Counted from the first letter of the stretch, positions 16,247 through 29,620 are shown. The stretch: DNA of 64,000 nucleotides from Octopus vulgaris (GCA_951406725.2 OX597821.1:52452001-52516000), one strand, 5' to 3'. Notes: a model not told the origin generated them from the letters alone. A program made the numbers and translations.

Positions 16247-16358
16247 ACTATTTTTCTTGAAAAAGATATGAATGCCTTTTACGCTTTTGCCAGGGAAGAG
16301 TGTATGCACATCTCTCTCTCTCTCTCTATCTGTCTGTCTGTATGTCTGTTTGTTTGTT

Positions 16359-16394
<36 letters not shown>

Positions 16395-16529
16395 TTAATA
16401 TTTCTAAGTCTCTCCAGCGGTACTGGATATTAATAGCTATCGCCTAGCTACAATGGCAGTCTAAAAACGGCAGCATTCGTCCTATTTCTCTGGACTACCA
16501 TGATAACTTGCGGATAACTTTATCCTTAT

Positions 16530-17380
16530 CTAGTTTCAGCTCACAAGCTGTGGCCATGCTGGGGCACCGCCATTTGGTGTTGCTACATGATTTTACTTCA
16601 CGAATGCTTTTTAGCAATTGCCATTTGGTGCATGAGAGAGTTCGATGCAGCTGCCCTCATCTGCACCTCCTGCCGTGAAGTTGGTTCATCTGGGACGCCT
16701 GCCAAGAAGAGATCCAGTTTTATTTTAAAGACATCTGCATCCACCCCATGCAGGTCTCTCAGGTTCTTCGGGAGGATATTGAAGAGCTGTGGGCCTCTGA
16801 AGCCCAGGCTATCACAGTATCTTGTCCTACATCGTGATGGCAAATTTGGAGTCCTTGGCACTATGCAGTGGCGCCCAGTTCTGGCATTTGTGTAACTCTC
16901 GATGCCAAAGTTTGGGACAAGTCCTTCTAGAATCTTCCAGATCTATATTATGGCATATCTTTCCCGCCTACGCTCTAAGGAATAGAGTCTTAATCTCTTG
17001 TGTCTTTCCCAGTAGCTGATATGCTGCACAGAGGCTATATTCTTCGTGTAGCTTCGTTGGATCGCCCCAAATTCTGTGATTAACTTGACACTGGATGGTG
17101 ACCATAGCTGAGAGCAATAGTCAAAGCGGCTTAGGACAAGTGTCCTCCAGAGGACCATCATGGTTTCCTGGTCTCTTGTTCTAAAGGTTCTAAGAATCCA
17201 TCCGGTCAGCCGCCTACATTTCATTGCCAATTTAGCAACATGCACATGAAAGGTTGCATCATCACTCATGTAAATACCCATGTCTCGCACTGATTGTGCC
17301 TCTGGGATTGCAATCCCTCCAGGTCCAGTGTATTTATTGGGTATTGCATTTAGTTTTGGATGCTGATAGCATAAAGCATA
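16530..17380 (-). mobile_element. CR1/L2-group LINE 3' fragment
   Basis: VRDMGI..., LWRTLVLSRFDYCSQLWSP, SYWERHKRLRLYSLERRRERY, GFRGPQLFNILP, FKIKLDLFL..VPDEP. The 3' tail ends ...GCTGAAACTAG. Confidence 0.88.
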
Positions 17381-17391
17381 ACTATTAATAA

Positions 17392-17456
<65 letters not shown>

Positions 17457-17601
17457 GGATAAAATTGTTTTCGAAAAAAAAATTTATCAATGGCCAGCAT
17501 ATTAAAAAATACCTTTAAAGGTTGAATTTATAAATAACTTATAAAATAAGGGCAAAAGAAAAATCCTAATGCCAAATATGCCGAAAAAAAGACAACATTG
17601 T

Positions 17602-17645
<44 letters not shown>

Positions 17646-18678
17646 TATTCAATATCGTTTAACGCTAATTAGCGTAAAGTTAAATAATCGGTTTGTTATC
17701 TAACACTGCATTTTATATGTAAAAGAAGTTGAAAATGCACAATGATTCGTTTATATTTATTTAGTTTTTAATTTTTAATGACTTAACTGATTTCATAGAT
17801 TTTTCGGATTATCAAAAGTTAAGATAAAACATTTAGGTTTTTAGCTGTGTAACTTCAGCATGTGAAGCAGTAGAATGAGTTTGAGTGTTAATAGATGTTC
17901 CTGAATGTAGTTTGTTAAAGCTTATTCAGTCTTCGTTTGTACTTGTCTATGAATATATATTGTTTTGCTTATCCGTGCATGGCCTGTGGTTTTAACTGAA
18001 CAACGGTAAATTGGGAAGACGTATTAACGTACGAATGTAGGGGCGATCATACAAAAATTTCAAAGATGACTAATCGTGCGACCTTCGTTAAGTACGTTTG
18101 GCAGGTTAAATTCAGGCACCGTTGGTTGCCAGGGATGGTCACCAGACATATTCATTCAAGCGTGACAGCTGTAACTAACGGCGCCAAACACTGTCACATG
18201 ACTTTAATGAACGGGCGGAGCTGTAAACTTACAAAAATTTCTGAATCTGATCAGGTGATCAGACTCGACTAATTAGAACTATCCTAAACAGATACTTATC
18301 CGAGCCACGTACACTTTATAAAAAAGCAACAATTTTTGAAAATCAAAATATGTAAAGTTGAAAAATCTAATATATACACACATTGCACACATATACATAT
18401 AATATATATCTTTTAAAGTTCGTTTATGGTTACATTAAATTTATGCAAATAAAGCTCCTATTTCATTATGTCTGCTGCCGTCTATTAATAATAACAATTC
18501 TAGGATGGAATTTATAAATGTTTACTACATCGCTACGCGCTTTTCCACAAATCACATGACTTTAACATCAGCGTCCGTATCCTTGTGATGAGTGCAGTAC
18601 ATTTCTTAGTATCCATGGGCATCTAGCTGGCCATCATCATTGTTTCATTTCATCAAGCAATATTGTATTTGTAGACGA

Positions 18679-18721
<43 letters not shown>

Positions 18722-18743
18722 CATACATACACATATATATGTG

Positions 18744-18812
<69 letters not shown>

Positions 18813-19463
18813 CACATTGATCAACTCTACTTACACCATACACCTTTACGAACACATTCATAATCATGTTCCCACTCCACACACACTGGCACTGAGCAAC
18901 TGACAGTACTCACGCCACACACACCATATTCTGCACACGTATATACGTATACGTACATAAAAAAAGGACACGAAACGCACTTCACTCCATAATATGCACG
19001 CACTAAGTTACTTATACACATACAGAGTCACGTTGCCATACGGGCACACCGGCCCACAAAATTTTAAGCTCTCCCTCACATATTTGGCATGGTCTCGCCC
19101 CCATTCACATTTACCCACTCAAATACACCATTCTCAAATGCAGAAACGCGTTTGCGTACGCTAGTTTAGCCAGGTCACACTTATTAGCTCCTTTCATTCA
19201 GCATCTTTCTCCGGTCATTTCATCAAGTTGAATCGTTAATCCCCACACATTTTCCTCTCTCTCCGTATGTTTTCGTTTTCCCTACATTTCTTGCCTCTCA
19301 ATCATTTATGTCGGAGATTTTCCATACTATCTAAGTGTCAAACTGATACACGATCTTGTTCCTCCCGCACCATTCTTCGTCATTTGTTTCTGGTAAATTA
19401 GAATTATACATATATGAAAATCTCTCTGTCTGTCTCTCTCTTTCTTTCTCTGACTCTCGCTCT

Positions 19464-19465
<2 letters not shown>

Positions 19466-19517
<52 letters not shown>

Positions 19518-19546
19518 ATATATATATATACATATATATGTATATA

Positions 19547-19617
<71 letters not shown>

Positions 19618-19638
19618 GTATGTATATATATATACATG

Positions 19639-19727
<89 letters not shown>

Positions 19728-19748
19728 GTATATATATATGTATGTATA

Positions 19749-19779
<31 letters not shown>

Positions 19780-19809
19780 TCACACATATATATATGCGGA
19801 AAGTTTGAG

Positions 19810-19872
<63 letters not shown>
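19466..19872. repeat. Compound (TA)n/(TACA)/(GA)n microsatellite
   Basis: Direct reading; source of many spurious YI-repeat ORFs. Confidence 0.97.
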
Positions 19873-19879
<7 letters not shown>

Positions 19880-20590
19880 CGAATGAGAGACGAAGAATGA
19901 GAGAAATAATATATATCTATACTTAAAGATGCTCGTGCTATTTACAAATATCATATGCAGGATATTTGCCGCATTTAGAAGTTGGTAGAATTTAGTAGAA
20001 TTTCTTATACATCTGTGAAATGGATTGGTTTTAACTTCGTTACTTCCGCATTTGGACATTTGCAATCATTACTGTGATTGATAGTTCAAATAAATATAAT
20101 CACAAAGATTAAGAATTCCGAGGAAAGACAATAGATTTTAAAAAACGATTTATTAATTAACGATGACGAATGACTGTTTACGAAGTGTGAGTAGTTCATG
20201 GTATTCCCTGAGGGGTAAACAGCTCGGAAGCTGATCCACTCAGTCATTCAAATTCCTCGATACAGAATCCGATTTAATGTCAAATTTCTAGAACTTTACA
20301 ATCCTTTCGTTAATTAAAACCAATAACACTAAGAACATTTAATTTATAACAATATTATTTTTTTGTTTCCTTTCACCGATGTTAATTATCTATGCTTTAA
20401 TTATTTGAATTCATCAAAAACGCTGGAAGGCGTAATACTATGATTAATGACTTCATATAAAATTCAATTACCAATGTCAATTGCAGTCTCAAAGTAACTA
20501 TAGGTATATATATACGCACATACATACACACTAACACACAAACAGATATACATATTTAGTGTATATATATATAATGTAGATGTACATAGA

Positions 20591-20650
<60 letters not shown>

Positions 20651-20779
20651 TATACATATATGTATGTATATATGTATATGTATATCCACATTCATATATA
20701 TATATATACATATATGTATGTACATATACATATATATATATGTATATATACCTGTATATGTATATATATATGTACATAT

Positions 20780-20835
<56 letters not shown>

Positions 20836-22345
20836 ATATATATGCACAAAGATACGTATATGTACATTTATATATCTATCTATACAAACGCACAGACAAA
20901 CACACATATATACATACTTCACTAAAATCGCGCGTGCATATTCATCTACTCAAGCACCGTAACTCGTTTACTTACACATACAACAATAGCAACGTAGAAA
21001 TATATAAAATATATGAGTTCTGTCTGACAGTCATTTGGACAACGCCATTTTTTACCGTCATCTGTGCGCAAACTCCCTGTGGCTTATTCGGATGCTAGAA
21101 TACGTGCATAAAACGTGATAATTTGTTACATAAAATAATTGACAGAAACTCTTACCTATAAAATAACCGAATTTTCCTCAATGAATACATTTTAATACAT
21201 TTCAAAATAAAAGAAAATGTTGTTGGAAGAAATTCTTTTGGAAATATCGAGAAAATCTTAATTTCTAATTAAAAAAGTTGTTTGTCTTTCTTTAACTGTT
21301 CTGTCTAATTTTGAGGTGATTAGAAGTAAATATAATTAACCAATAGTTCAATTAGCTAATATTGAGATAAAATTAACATGATTACACACGGAAAATGTCA
21401 TTAGGCACATCACCATGTGTTATTTCGATTCCTGTACCTAAAAAAATGAAGAACATTTCAAGAGAGATGAAATTTTATTTCATCTGCTTTCATTACTAAC
21501 GTACAGTAGGATTTTATAGAATAGAACTTCTTACAAAAAAGTTCCTTCTATTTGTTCTTTCAGATTTCTCTCCCCATACTGACGAAAACACGACTCACAC
21601 ATTCGCAAACACACACACAGAGTACCATTAACGATATGTCCATATGTCGTGGACTCACCTATCGTAGGTGACACATAATGGTTCCGTAATTACTTGCTGT
21701 GCAACGAGCACAGATAATTTGTCTATAAAAGTCAAATGTACGTGCTGGATATTATCTCACTTCCTCCATCAAATCAATATCTCCTCTGCACGTGCTGGTG
21801 TGCCACACTGCAGACATCGAAATGGTCACAGTGCAACGTGAGTTGGAAGTATTTTGTTCTAGAACACAACGCACCAGCAACTGAAACCACAATCTCGCGG
21901 TCACTAGTGCAACTGCCTAATTTTCTATGTATATAGGCATACATGCAGACAAACAGGCATTAAATTATTTTCGTTTCGGCTCCAGGAAAGTTATTTATAT
22001 GATATCTAAATACAAAATCATCAACATTGTAGATTTTAAAGCAGAAACAAAACTGTGAGACGTGATATGCATTTCAATACGCGTAAATTGTTTAAATATT
22101 TACGTTATGCTTTCTGAATCTCTGTGGAAATTCCTAATGTGCAGAGTTCTATATCCTGTAATTTGCCGTCGTATTATTTCGATCAAGAGCTACATCTGTA
22201 TACACACAACATAACGACTGTGTTTATAAGCCATACACAACTATGAAGGACTGGATACATTTGTTGAGCATAACAACAAGTTGATTCAAACGATATCCAA
22301 GGTAACGTACACTTGGATTTTATTTCATCTGTATAACATATCTTT

Positions 22346-22470
<125 letters not shown>

Positions 22471-22576
22471 TATATATATATATATATGTATGCTCGAAAC
22501 GTAAAATACTTTTTCTATTCCTGAGCGTTATACTAATACATCTGTTTGTTTTGTACACCACCTGTCTTCGTAAACT

Positions 22577-22707
<131 letters not shown>

Positions 22708-23832
22708 TCACGCATATATATGTGTGTATCCATTTTACATATATATATATAAACACAGGCCCTGCGATGTGTATGTGGACAATAATTTCGCTTCCCAACC
22801 GCGTAGTTCTTATTTTGCTCAGACTGAAAGAAGAACAAGCCACAAAAATGAGAAGCCATTATGTGTATCTTTCAAACCCTACCTACTCATTATATATATA
22901 TATATATATATGGAAGGTTTTTTTAGATGACATAATTCTAGATATACTATATTAAATATACTATGTTTGAAAAGAAAGCGAATGACTCAACTGGATTCGC
23001 TAATGAGTTTGATTAGATGTAAAACAGTAGATGTAACAACGGCAACAATAACTTATGACTTGTAAAGCTGATTTGACACAACAATAAATATTACAATATC
23101 TACAAAATGAATTAAGGCTTCGTGTGGGCAGAATCATTAGCTCCGCTGACTAAATGCTTAGCGATTTATGCTTTGAGTTCCAGCATTGGCGAGATCGATG
23201 TTTTAAATTTTGTCAGACAGTCACTATTTCAAGGAAGGTGGGGAAGGCAAATTCGACCTCGACGTAAGTTGATCTACAAACGTGATGACGGACGAAATGC
23301 CTCTAAGAATATTGCTCGCCCAGCTAACGATTCTGTCACCGACTTGAAATTAGAAAGTAGTAATTATGCATCTAGCTGCCAGAATCATTAGTGCCTCGAA
23401 GAAAATGCGCAGCGACATTTTTCACAGCTGTTTACATTCTGAGTGCTAAAACACTGAGGTCAACTTAACCATTCATCCTTACCGGATAGATTAAATAACG
23501 ATAAGTGTAATGCTGGAGCCTGTGTAACCGACTGTTCTCCAATATTGTAAGTTGAATTGAAACATATCTTTCTTGTTGAAAATTTACTCCAATTATAAAA
23601 ACATTAGCAGAAACCCATTTAGTCATTTCCATAATCACTATGTTTACATATTCGTTTCATGCTATGAATAATTATAAGAAATGTCGATATACTATAGAAA
23701 ATTGCACTTAATGAATTTCTGAGATAAGGATAGAAAAAATATAATCATACACAGTAAATAAGAAATATACATCTAGTGTTGCTCTACCATGGACCTGATG
23801 GAGTTCTGAAGAATGTGTATTTATATTAGTAA

Positions 23833-23927
<95 letters not shown>

Positions 23928-24112
23928 GAATATTACATATATACAATTCTGCCTAAAATGGATTTACAACTTCAATATCCATACATATCTTGCATAAAAT
24001 ATGGATTTACAATTTCTATATCCGTACATATCTTGCATCTATTTTCTCCCCCCCTCACTCTCTATTTTGTATCACATCTAAACTAACTATGACTTAATCA
24101 TCCTCTCACACC

Positions 24113-24164
24113 GTCTCCGATGAAGGGTTATAATTAATAAATATCATGGAAACAGCTGTAAGAC
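24113..24164 (+). ncRNA. Hammerhead-like motif (U4C, weakened stem II) in a probable PLE 3' end (~23926-24240)
   Basis: GUCU [CCGAUGA] AGGGUUAU..AUAUCAUG [GAAA] CAGCUG [UA] AGAC; stem III is a perfect palindrome. Confidence 0.6.
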
Positions 24165-24287
24165 CTATCTATAAATGTTCTAATATCTACAAAGGCTTGG
24201 TTTTTTTATCTTATTACGCAAAAAATACTTATATATATATATGTATCAAAAGAACCAACTACAATAATAATAATAATAATAATAATG

Positions 24288-24336
<49 letters not shown>

Positions 24337-24349
24337 TAATAATAATAAG

Positions 24350-24749
24350 GATTATTACGAAGTTGCATAGCATTATCTTTAATTCTTTTAATATTTATAT
24401 TATAGTAAAAATAAATTTTCAATTGATAGTCTTTGTTTCTGTCCTTAATAGACCAGATTAATTTCCTAAGTCTTGTTTGGAATAATTTATTATCTCTGAA
24501 TGAACTCAAATGATCTGCTAGTCTCATATTGAAAATAAATGATGTCTCGCCGATGTAAAAGTATTCATTACCTTCAGATGTCACTTTACATCTATAATTT
24601 CATTTTTACTCTTACTTTTATATTTCACATAGCAGGATTCCAGTTTAGAACATTTTTACATTTCTGTCAGATTTAGTGAAATTAATTTAGTCAAATTCAT
24701 TCCTTTTCTATCTCCTATTTATGCCTCCATATTTGAAAAAATTATCTTC

Positions 24750-24750
<1 letters not shown>
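24350..24750 (-). mobile_element. PLE GIY-YIG fragment
   Basis: EYFYIGETSFIFNMRLADHLSSF...TRLRKLIWSIKD, the same pattern as the C-terminus of the 13313 ORF. Confidence 0.7.
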
Positions 24751-24806
<56 letters not shown>

Positions 24807-24975
24807 ACATAAGGAACATTAGCCATTTGAATGTGGCTAGGGACAGGGCAGGGCGGTGGGGGTGTTACTGATGCATTTAGCCCCAGGCGATCATCAACGT
24901 CACCAGATAGGCTGACACCATCACGGTGTCCTCTATCCTGCAAAGGGAGATCATTCCCCGAAGAAGCGGATGCCA

Positions 24976-25020
24976 CATACGGACCCAGGTTTCAAGGTAT
25001 TTGCCTATCGTCAACGTATG
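24976..25020 (-). ncRNA. Type I hammerhead ribozyme in the 357-bp unit (inverted copy)
   Basis: Reverse complement of 25272-25316. Confidence 0.72.
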
Positions 25021-25271
25021 GCAGGCACCGCTCCTCGACGAACAACTTCATGTGCAGGATATTTATATATAGATTTTCACGTAAATACATTTACTGATTT
25101 CGAAAATCTGTTCGACAGCAATAATAATTCTCTAAACGAGATATAGACAGTAACTGCTCCATCACATAAGGGACATCAGCCATTTGAATGTGGCTAGGGA
25201 CAGGGCAGGGCGGTGGGGGTGTTATTGATGCATTTAGCCCCAGGCGATCATCAACGTCACCAGATGCCTGC

Positions 25272-25316
25272 CATACGTTGACGATAGGCAAATACCTTGA
25301 AACCTGGGTCCGTATG
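25272..25316 (+). ncRNA. Type I hammerhead ribozyme in the 357-bp unit
   Basis: CAUACG [UUGACGA] U AGG-CAAAUA-CCU U [GAAA] CCUGGG [UC]^CGUAUG; predicted cut at 25310/25311. Confidence 0.75.
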
Positions 25317-25628
25317 TGGCATCCGCTTCTTCGGGGAATGATCTCCCTTTGCAGGACAGAGGACACCGTGATGGTGTCAGCCTATCTGGTGACGTTGATG
25401 ATCACCTGGGGCTAAATGCATCAGTAACACCCCCACCACCCTGCCCTGTCCCTAGCCACATTCAAATGGCTAATGTCCCTTATGTGATGGAGCAGTTACT
25501 GTCTATATCTCGTTTAGAGAATTATTATTGCTGTCGAACAGATTTTCGAAATCAGTAAATGTATTTACGTGAAAATCTATATATAAATATCTTGCACAGG
25601 AAGTTGTTCGTCGAGGAGCGGTGCCTGC

Positions 25629-25673
25629 CATACGTTGACGATAGGCAAGTACCTTGAAACCTGGGTCCGTATG
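25629..25673 (+). ncRNA. Type I hammerhead ribozyme in the 357-bp unit
   Basis: Same motif, with loop II CAAGUA. Stem I extends via GAGGAGCGG-UGCC / GGCA-U-CCGCUUCUUC. Predicted cut at 25667/25668. Confidence 0.75.
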
Positions 25674-25985
25674 TGGCATCCGCTTCTTCGGGGAATGATC
25701 TCCCTTTGCAGGAGAGAGGACACCGTGATGGTGTCAGCCTATCTGGTGACGTTGATGATCGCCTGGGGCTAAATGCATCAGTAACACCCCCACCGCCCTG
25801 CCCTGTCCCTAGCCACATTCAAATGGCTAATGTCCCTTATGTGATGGAGCAGTTACTGTCTATATCTCGTTTAGAGAATTATTATTGCTGTCGAACAGAT
25901 TTTCGAAATTAGTAAATGTATTTACGTGAAAATCTATATATAGATATCCTGCACAGGAAGTTGTTCGTCGAGGAGCGGTGCCTGC

Positions 25986-26030
25986 CATACGTTGACGATA
26001 GGCAAATACCTTGAAACCTGGGTCCGTATG
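25986..26030 (+). ncRNA. Type I hammerhead ribozyme in the 357-bp unit
   Basis: Same motif; predicted cut at 26024/26025. Confidence 0.75.
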
Positions 26031-26244
26031 TGGCATCCGCTTCTTCGGGGAATGATCTCCCTTTGCAGGAGAGAGGACACCGTGATGGTGTCAGCCTATC
26101 TGGTGACGTTGATGATCGCCTGGGGCTAAATGCATCAGTAACACCCCCACCGCCCTGCCCTGTCCCTAGCCACATTCAAATGGCTAATGTCCCTTATGTG
26201 ATGGAGCAGTTAATGTATAAATCTCGTTTAGAGAATTATTATTG

Positions 26245-26302
<58 letters not shown>

Positions 26303-26324
26303 ATGTATATATTCTTTTATTCTT

Positions 26325-26714
26325 CTTATTTGTTTGAGTCATTTGATTGCGACCATGCTTTGATTGCGGCCAAGTCGAGAAAATCTTATTCTTTGTAAGC
26401 CTAGTACTTATTCTATCGGTCTCTTTTGGCGAACCACTACGTTACGGAGACCTAAACGCATCAGCATTAGTTTCAAGCGATGTTGAGGGGTGGGGGGAGA
26501 CAAACACAGATTCAGAAACAAATATATGCGCACACATATTTATATACATATACGACCGGCTTCTGTTAGTTTCCGTCTACCAAATCCATTCACAAGGCTT
26601 TTGTCGGCCCCAGGCTGTAGTAGAAGAGACTTGTCCAATGTGGCACGCAGTGGGACTGAACCCAAAACCATGTAGTTTGTAAGCAAGTTACTTACCACAC
26701 ACCCACTCCTGCTC

Positions 26715-26716
<2 letters not shown>
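26325..26716 (-). mobile_element. tRNA-derived SINE, family A (near full length)
   Basis: Matches 2378-2664 and extends to the LINE-like 3' tail (gtttgagtcatttgattgcgaccatgct). Confidence 0.85.
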
Positions 26717-26794
<78 letters not shown>

Positions 26795-26798
<4 letters not shown>

Positions 26799-27925
26799 AA
26801 ACAAGTCAAAAATAGAAAATGCTAAGATAATTTTATAGTGAATCTTTCAGTACCGGTTTCGGTCATTTTGAGACCTTTTCAACTGTAACGATTAAATAAT
26901 TAAATTTAGAAAAATTAGAAGAAAAGTTTTTTTAAAAGAATATTTCTATAGTAGTGTTCAGATATAAGTGGCATTCTGCCTTTCTCTGACTCCCTTGTTT
27001 GCACTTGTGTGTTCGAGGTCGTTGTGAGTTCTTGGTAGGGTAGGAGAAGCAGAAGGCTGATGTGGAGAGGGGGTGGGGAAATCTGGGAATGCCTTGATGG
27101 TCGTATTTTGAATGGTCAGTGGCGGACAGCAGTCGCAGTTCAATTCAGGAATTGTTTATGGAATTTGCGTAGGCGTTATACTGAAAGGCATTAGTGACAA
27201 GGTTAAGAGGTAGGAGGTGGTGAAGTAGAAGAAGGAGAAGATGACGATGTTGATGATGATGATGATGAAGAAGAAGAAGAAGAAGAAGAAGAAGAAGAAG
27301 GAGAAGGAGAGGATGATGATGATGATGGTGGTGATGATGATGACGACGATGATGATGATAATGATGATGATGAAGAAGAAGAGGAAGAAGAAGAGGAAGA
27401 AGAAGAAAAAACAGAGAAGGGAGAATATGAATGGGTGAAAGTATAGCTGTGATGGGGCTGATTAGTAATGGATTCTATGGAATGTAATATTTGTGTGTGT
27501 ATATATTTCTTTTATTCTAAAGTTGAGGTATATTAATTGTTTGTCGTAGACCCGTTAAGAAGTGGCCTGTATTTTGTAATAAAGAGATTTTCTTTACTTA
27601 TTCGTTGTCTCGAGGTTGTATCGTCCCTAAATTGGTAGAGGGGAAAATCCTGAAGTTTGGTGTTTTTTTGTTGGCGCAAGTACCTATGTGTTGGCTAAAA
27701 GCTATTTTTCTGTTTTGGGGAATTTTTATCTGGGATCTGTGCAGGGCCATTCGTTTACGCAAACCATTTTTTGTTTGGCCTATGTACTGCTCTTGACACC
27801 CGGAGCAGGTTAGCGAGTATATTAGGTTCTCCGATGCACATGTGAAGTTGCTTTTCATTGTAAACCGTTGTCCCTGTTTGAAGGAGAACTCTGATCCCTC
27901 AATTAGATAGTCGCATATCCCGCAA
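26795..27925 (-). mobile_element. PLE 3' fragment (GIY-YIG with CxxC, Neptune/Naiad-type) with 3' UTR
   Basis: CGICDYL...NFTCASENLIYSLTCSGCQEQYIGQTKNGLRKRMALHRSQI; the UTR contains an (ATG)/(AAG) tract and a hammerhead; TA tracts on both sides. Confidence 0.85.
26848..26885 (-). ncRNA. Minimal type I hammerhead, U3-A8 core variant
   Basis: CAG [UUGAAAA] GGUC-UCAAAAU-GACC [GAAA] CCGG [UA] CUG. Confidence 0.72.
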
Positions 27926-28507
27926 TATATATATATATAATTATGGTGATGTAATCACGAAAAATAGAACGCAGAATATGAGTATATGTATATTTTCTTA
28001 ATATTTAGCAGAACCAACAAAGTAACTCAAGGTCACAGTTTTCTAAGTGCTAACGTAGGAAACTATTGCGATACTCTTAAAGTCAGGGCATTTTCAGCTC
28101 TCACTCGTGTACTGACAGACAGACACATACACACGCACACATACATATAGTAATGAGTTCAGGGTAGATGACTTCTTGGGGGAAAATTTAATAAAAGAGA
28201 TAATTTGTTCATGGAAACAGGATAATGAGAAAATAGCAAGAGCTTAAAATGATTCGAAGAGGAATATTTTCAGATAAATATGTAGTATAAGAAGATTTTG
28301 ATGCAAAAAAAGGAAAAATTTAACAACAGTAAAATGTAAAGTGATGTTCAAAGCAATCTTTTCTGTTTTCCTCCATAACGAGTTGGTGCCAAAAACATTT
28401 TAAATATAATTGTCAATTAGTGATGAAGAGAAAATGTAAAAAAAAATAGAGAAGCATAAATAAGAGAATATTGTCTATATAGAATAAAAAAAGTTGACCT
28501 ACATTTT

Positions 28508-28542
<35 letters not shown>

Positions 28543-28694
28543 CGTCTACCATTGTCCTGCAATATTTCGGAAGCGGAAACAGCCGTAAGAATTGCTATGT
28601 CAAGTTTGGTATCAAAAAATAATCTACAGATGTGGTCCTATTGATGTGTTGGTTGATGCAAAGTTTTCTCCATTTTCTGATTATTTATACATAT

Positions 28695-28739
<45 letters not shown>

Positions 28740-28976
28740 CAAACAATTTGCTACCAGTGTATGAAATATTTTGGTTGGACTGGTATTTAGTTCTAATAGA
28801 ATGTGAAGTGCAGTTACTAGTACCTCGAAGAAGCCGTATCAGTAATTAACACCAAAATGCACAAGATGCAAAATTTTATAGAGCGCACTGGGTTACTACA
28901 AAAGCATATGTAGGTACAGAAATGGAAAGACGTGATTAACTGCAGTATAAAACAGTATATATAAGTCTCTGTTCTC

Positions 28977-29620
<644 letters not shown>

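Larger units (their letters stand above)
24805..26245. repeat. 357-bp tandem array (about 1.3 units minus + about 2.75 units plus, inverted at 25265); retrozyme-like
   Basis: Identical landmarks at 25272, 25629 and 25986 (period 357). 24805-25265 is the reverse complement of the same unit. Only scattered substitutions between copies; (TA)n on both sides. Confidence 0.95.

Noticed and set aside
24805-26245. CRISPR-like array
   Set aside because: Whole units are repeated with no unique spacers, and the context is eukaryotic.
24719-26398. Repeated 75-122 aa ORFs (MASASSGND..., MWLGTGQGGG...)
   Set aside because: They recur only because the 357-bp unit repeats. They occur on both strands, the MASASSG frame begins at GTG, and no domain is recognisable.
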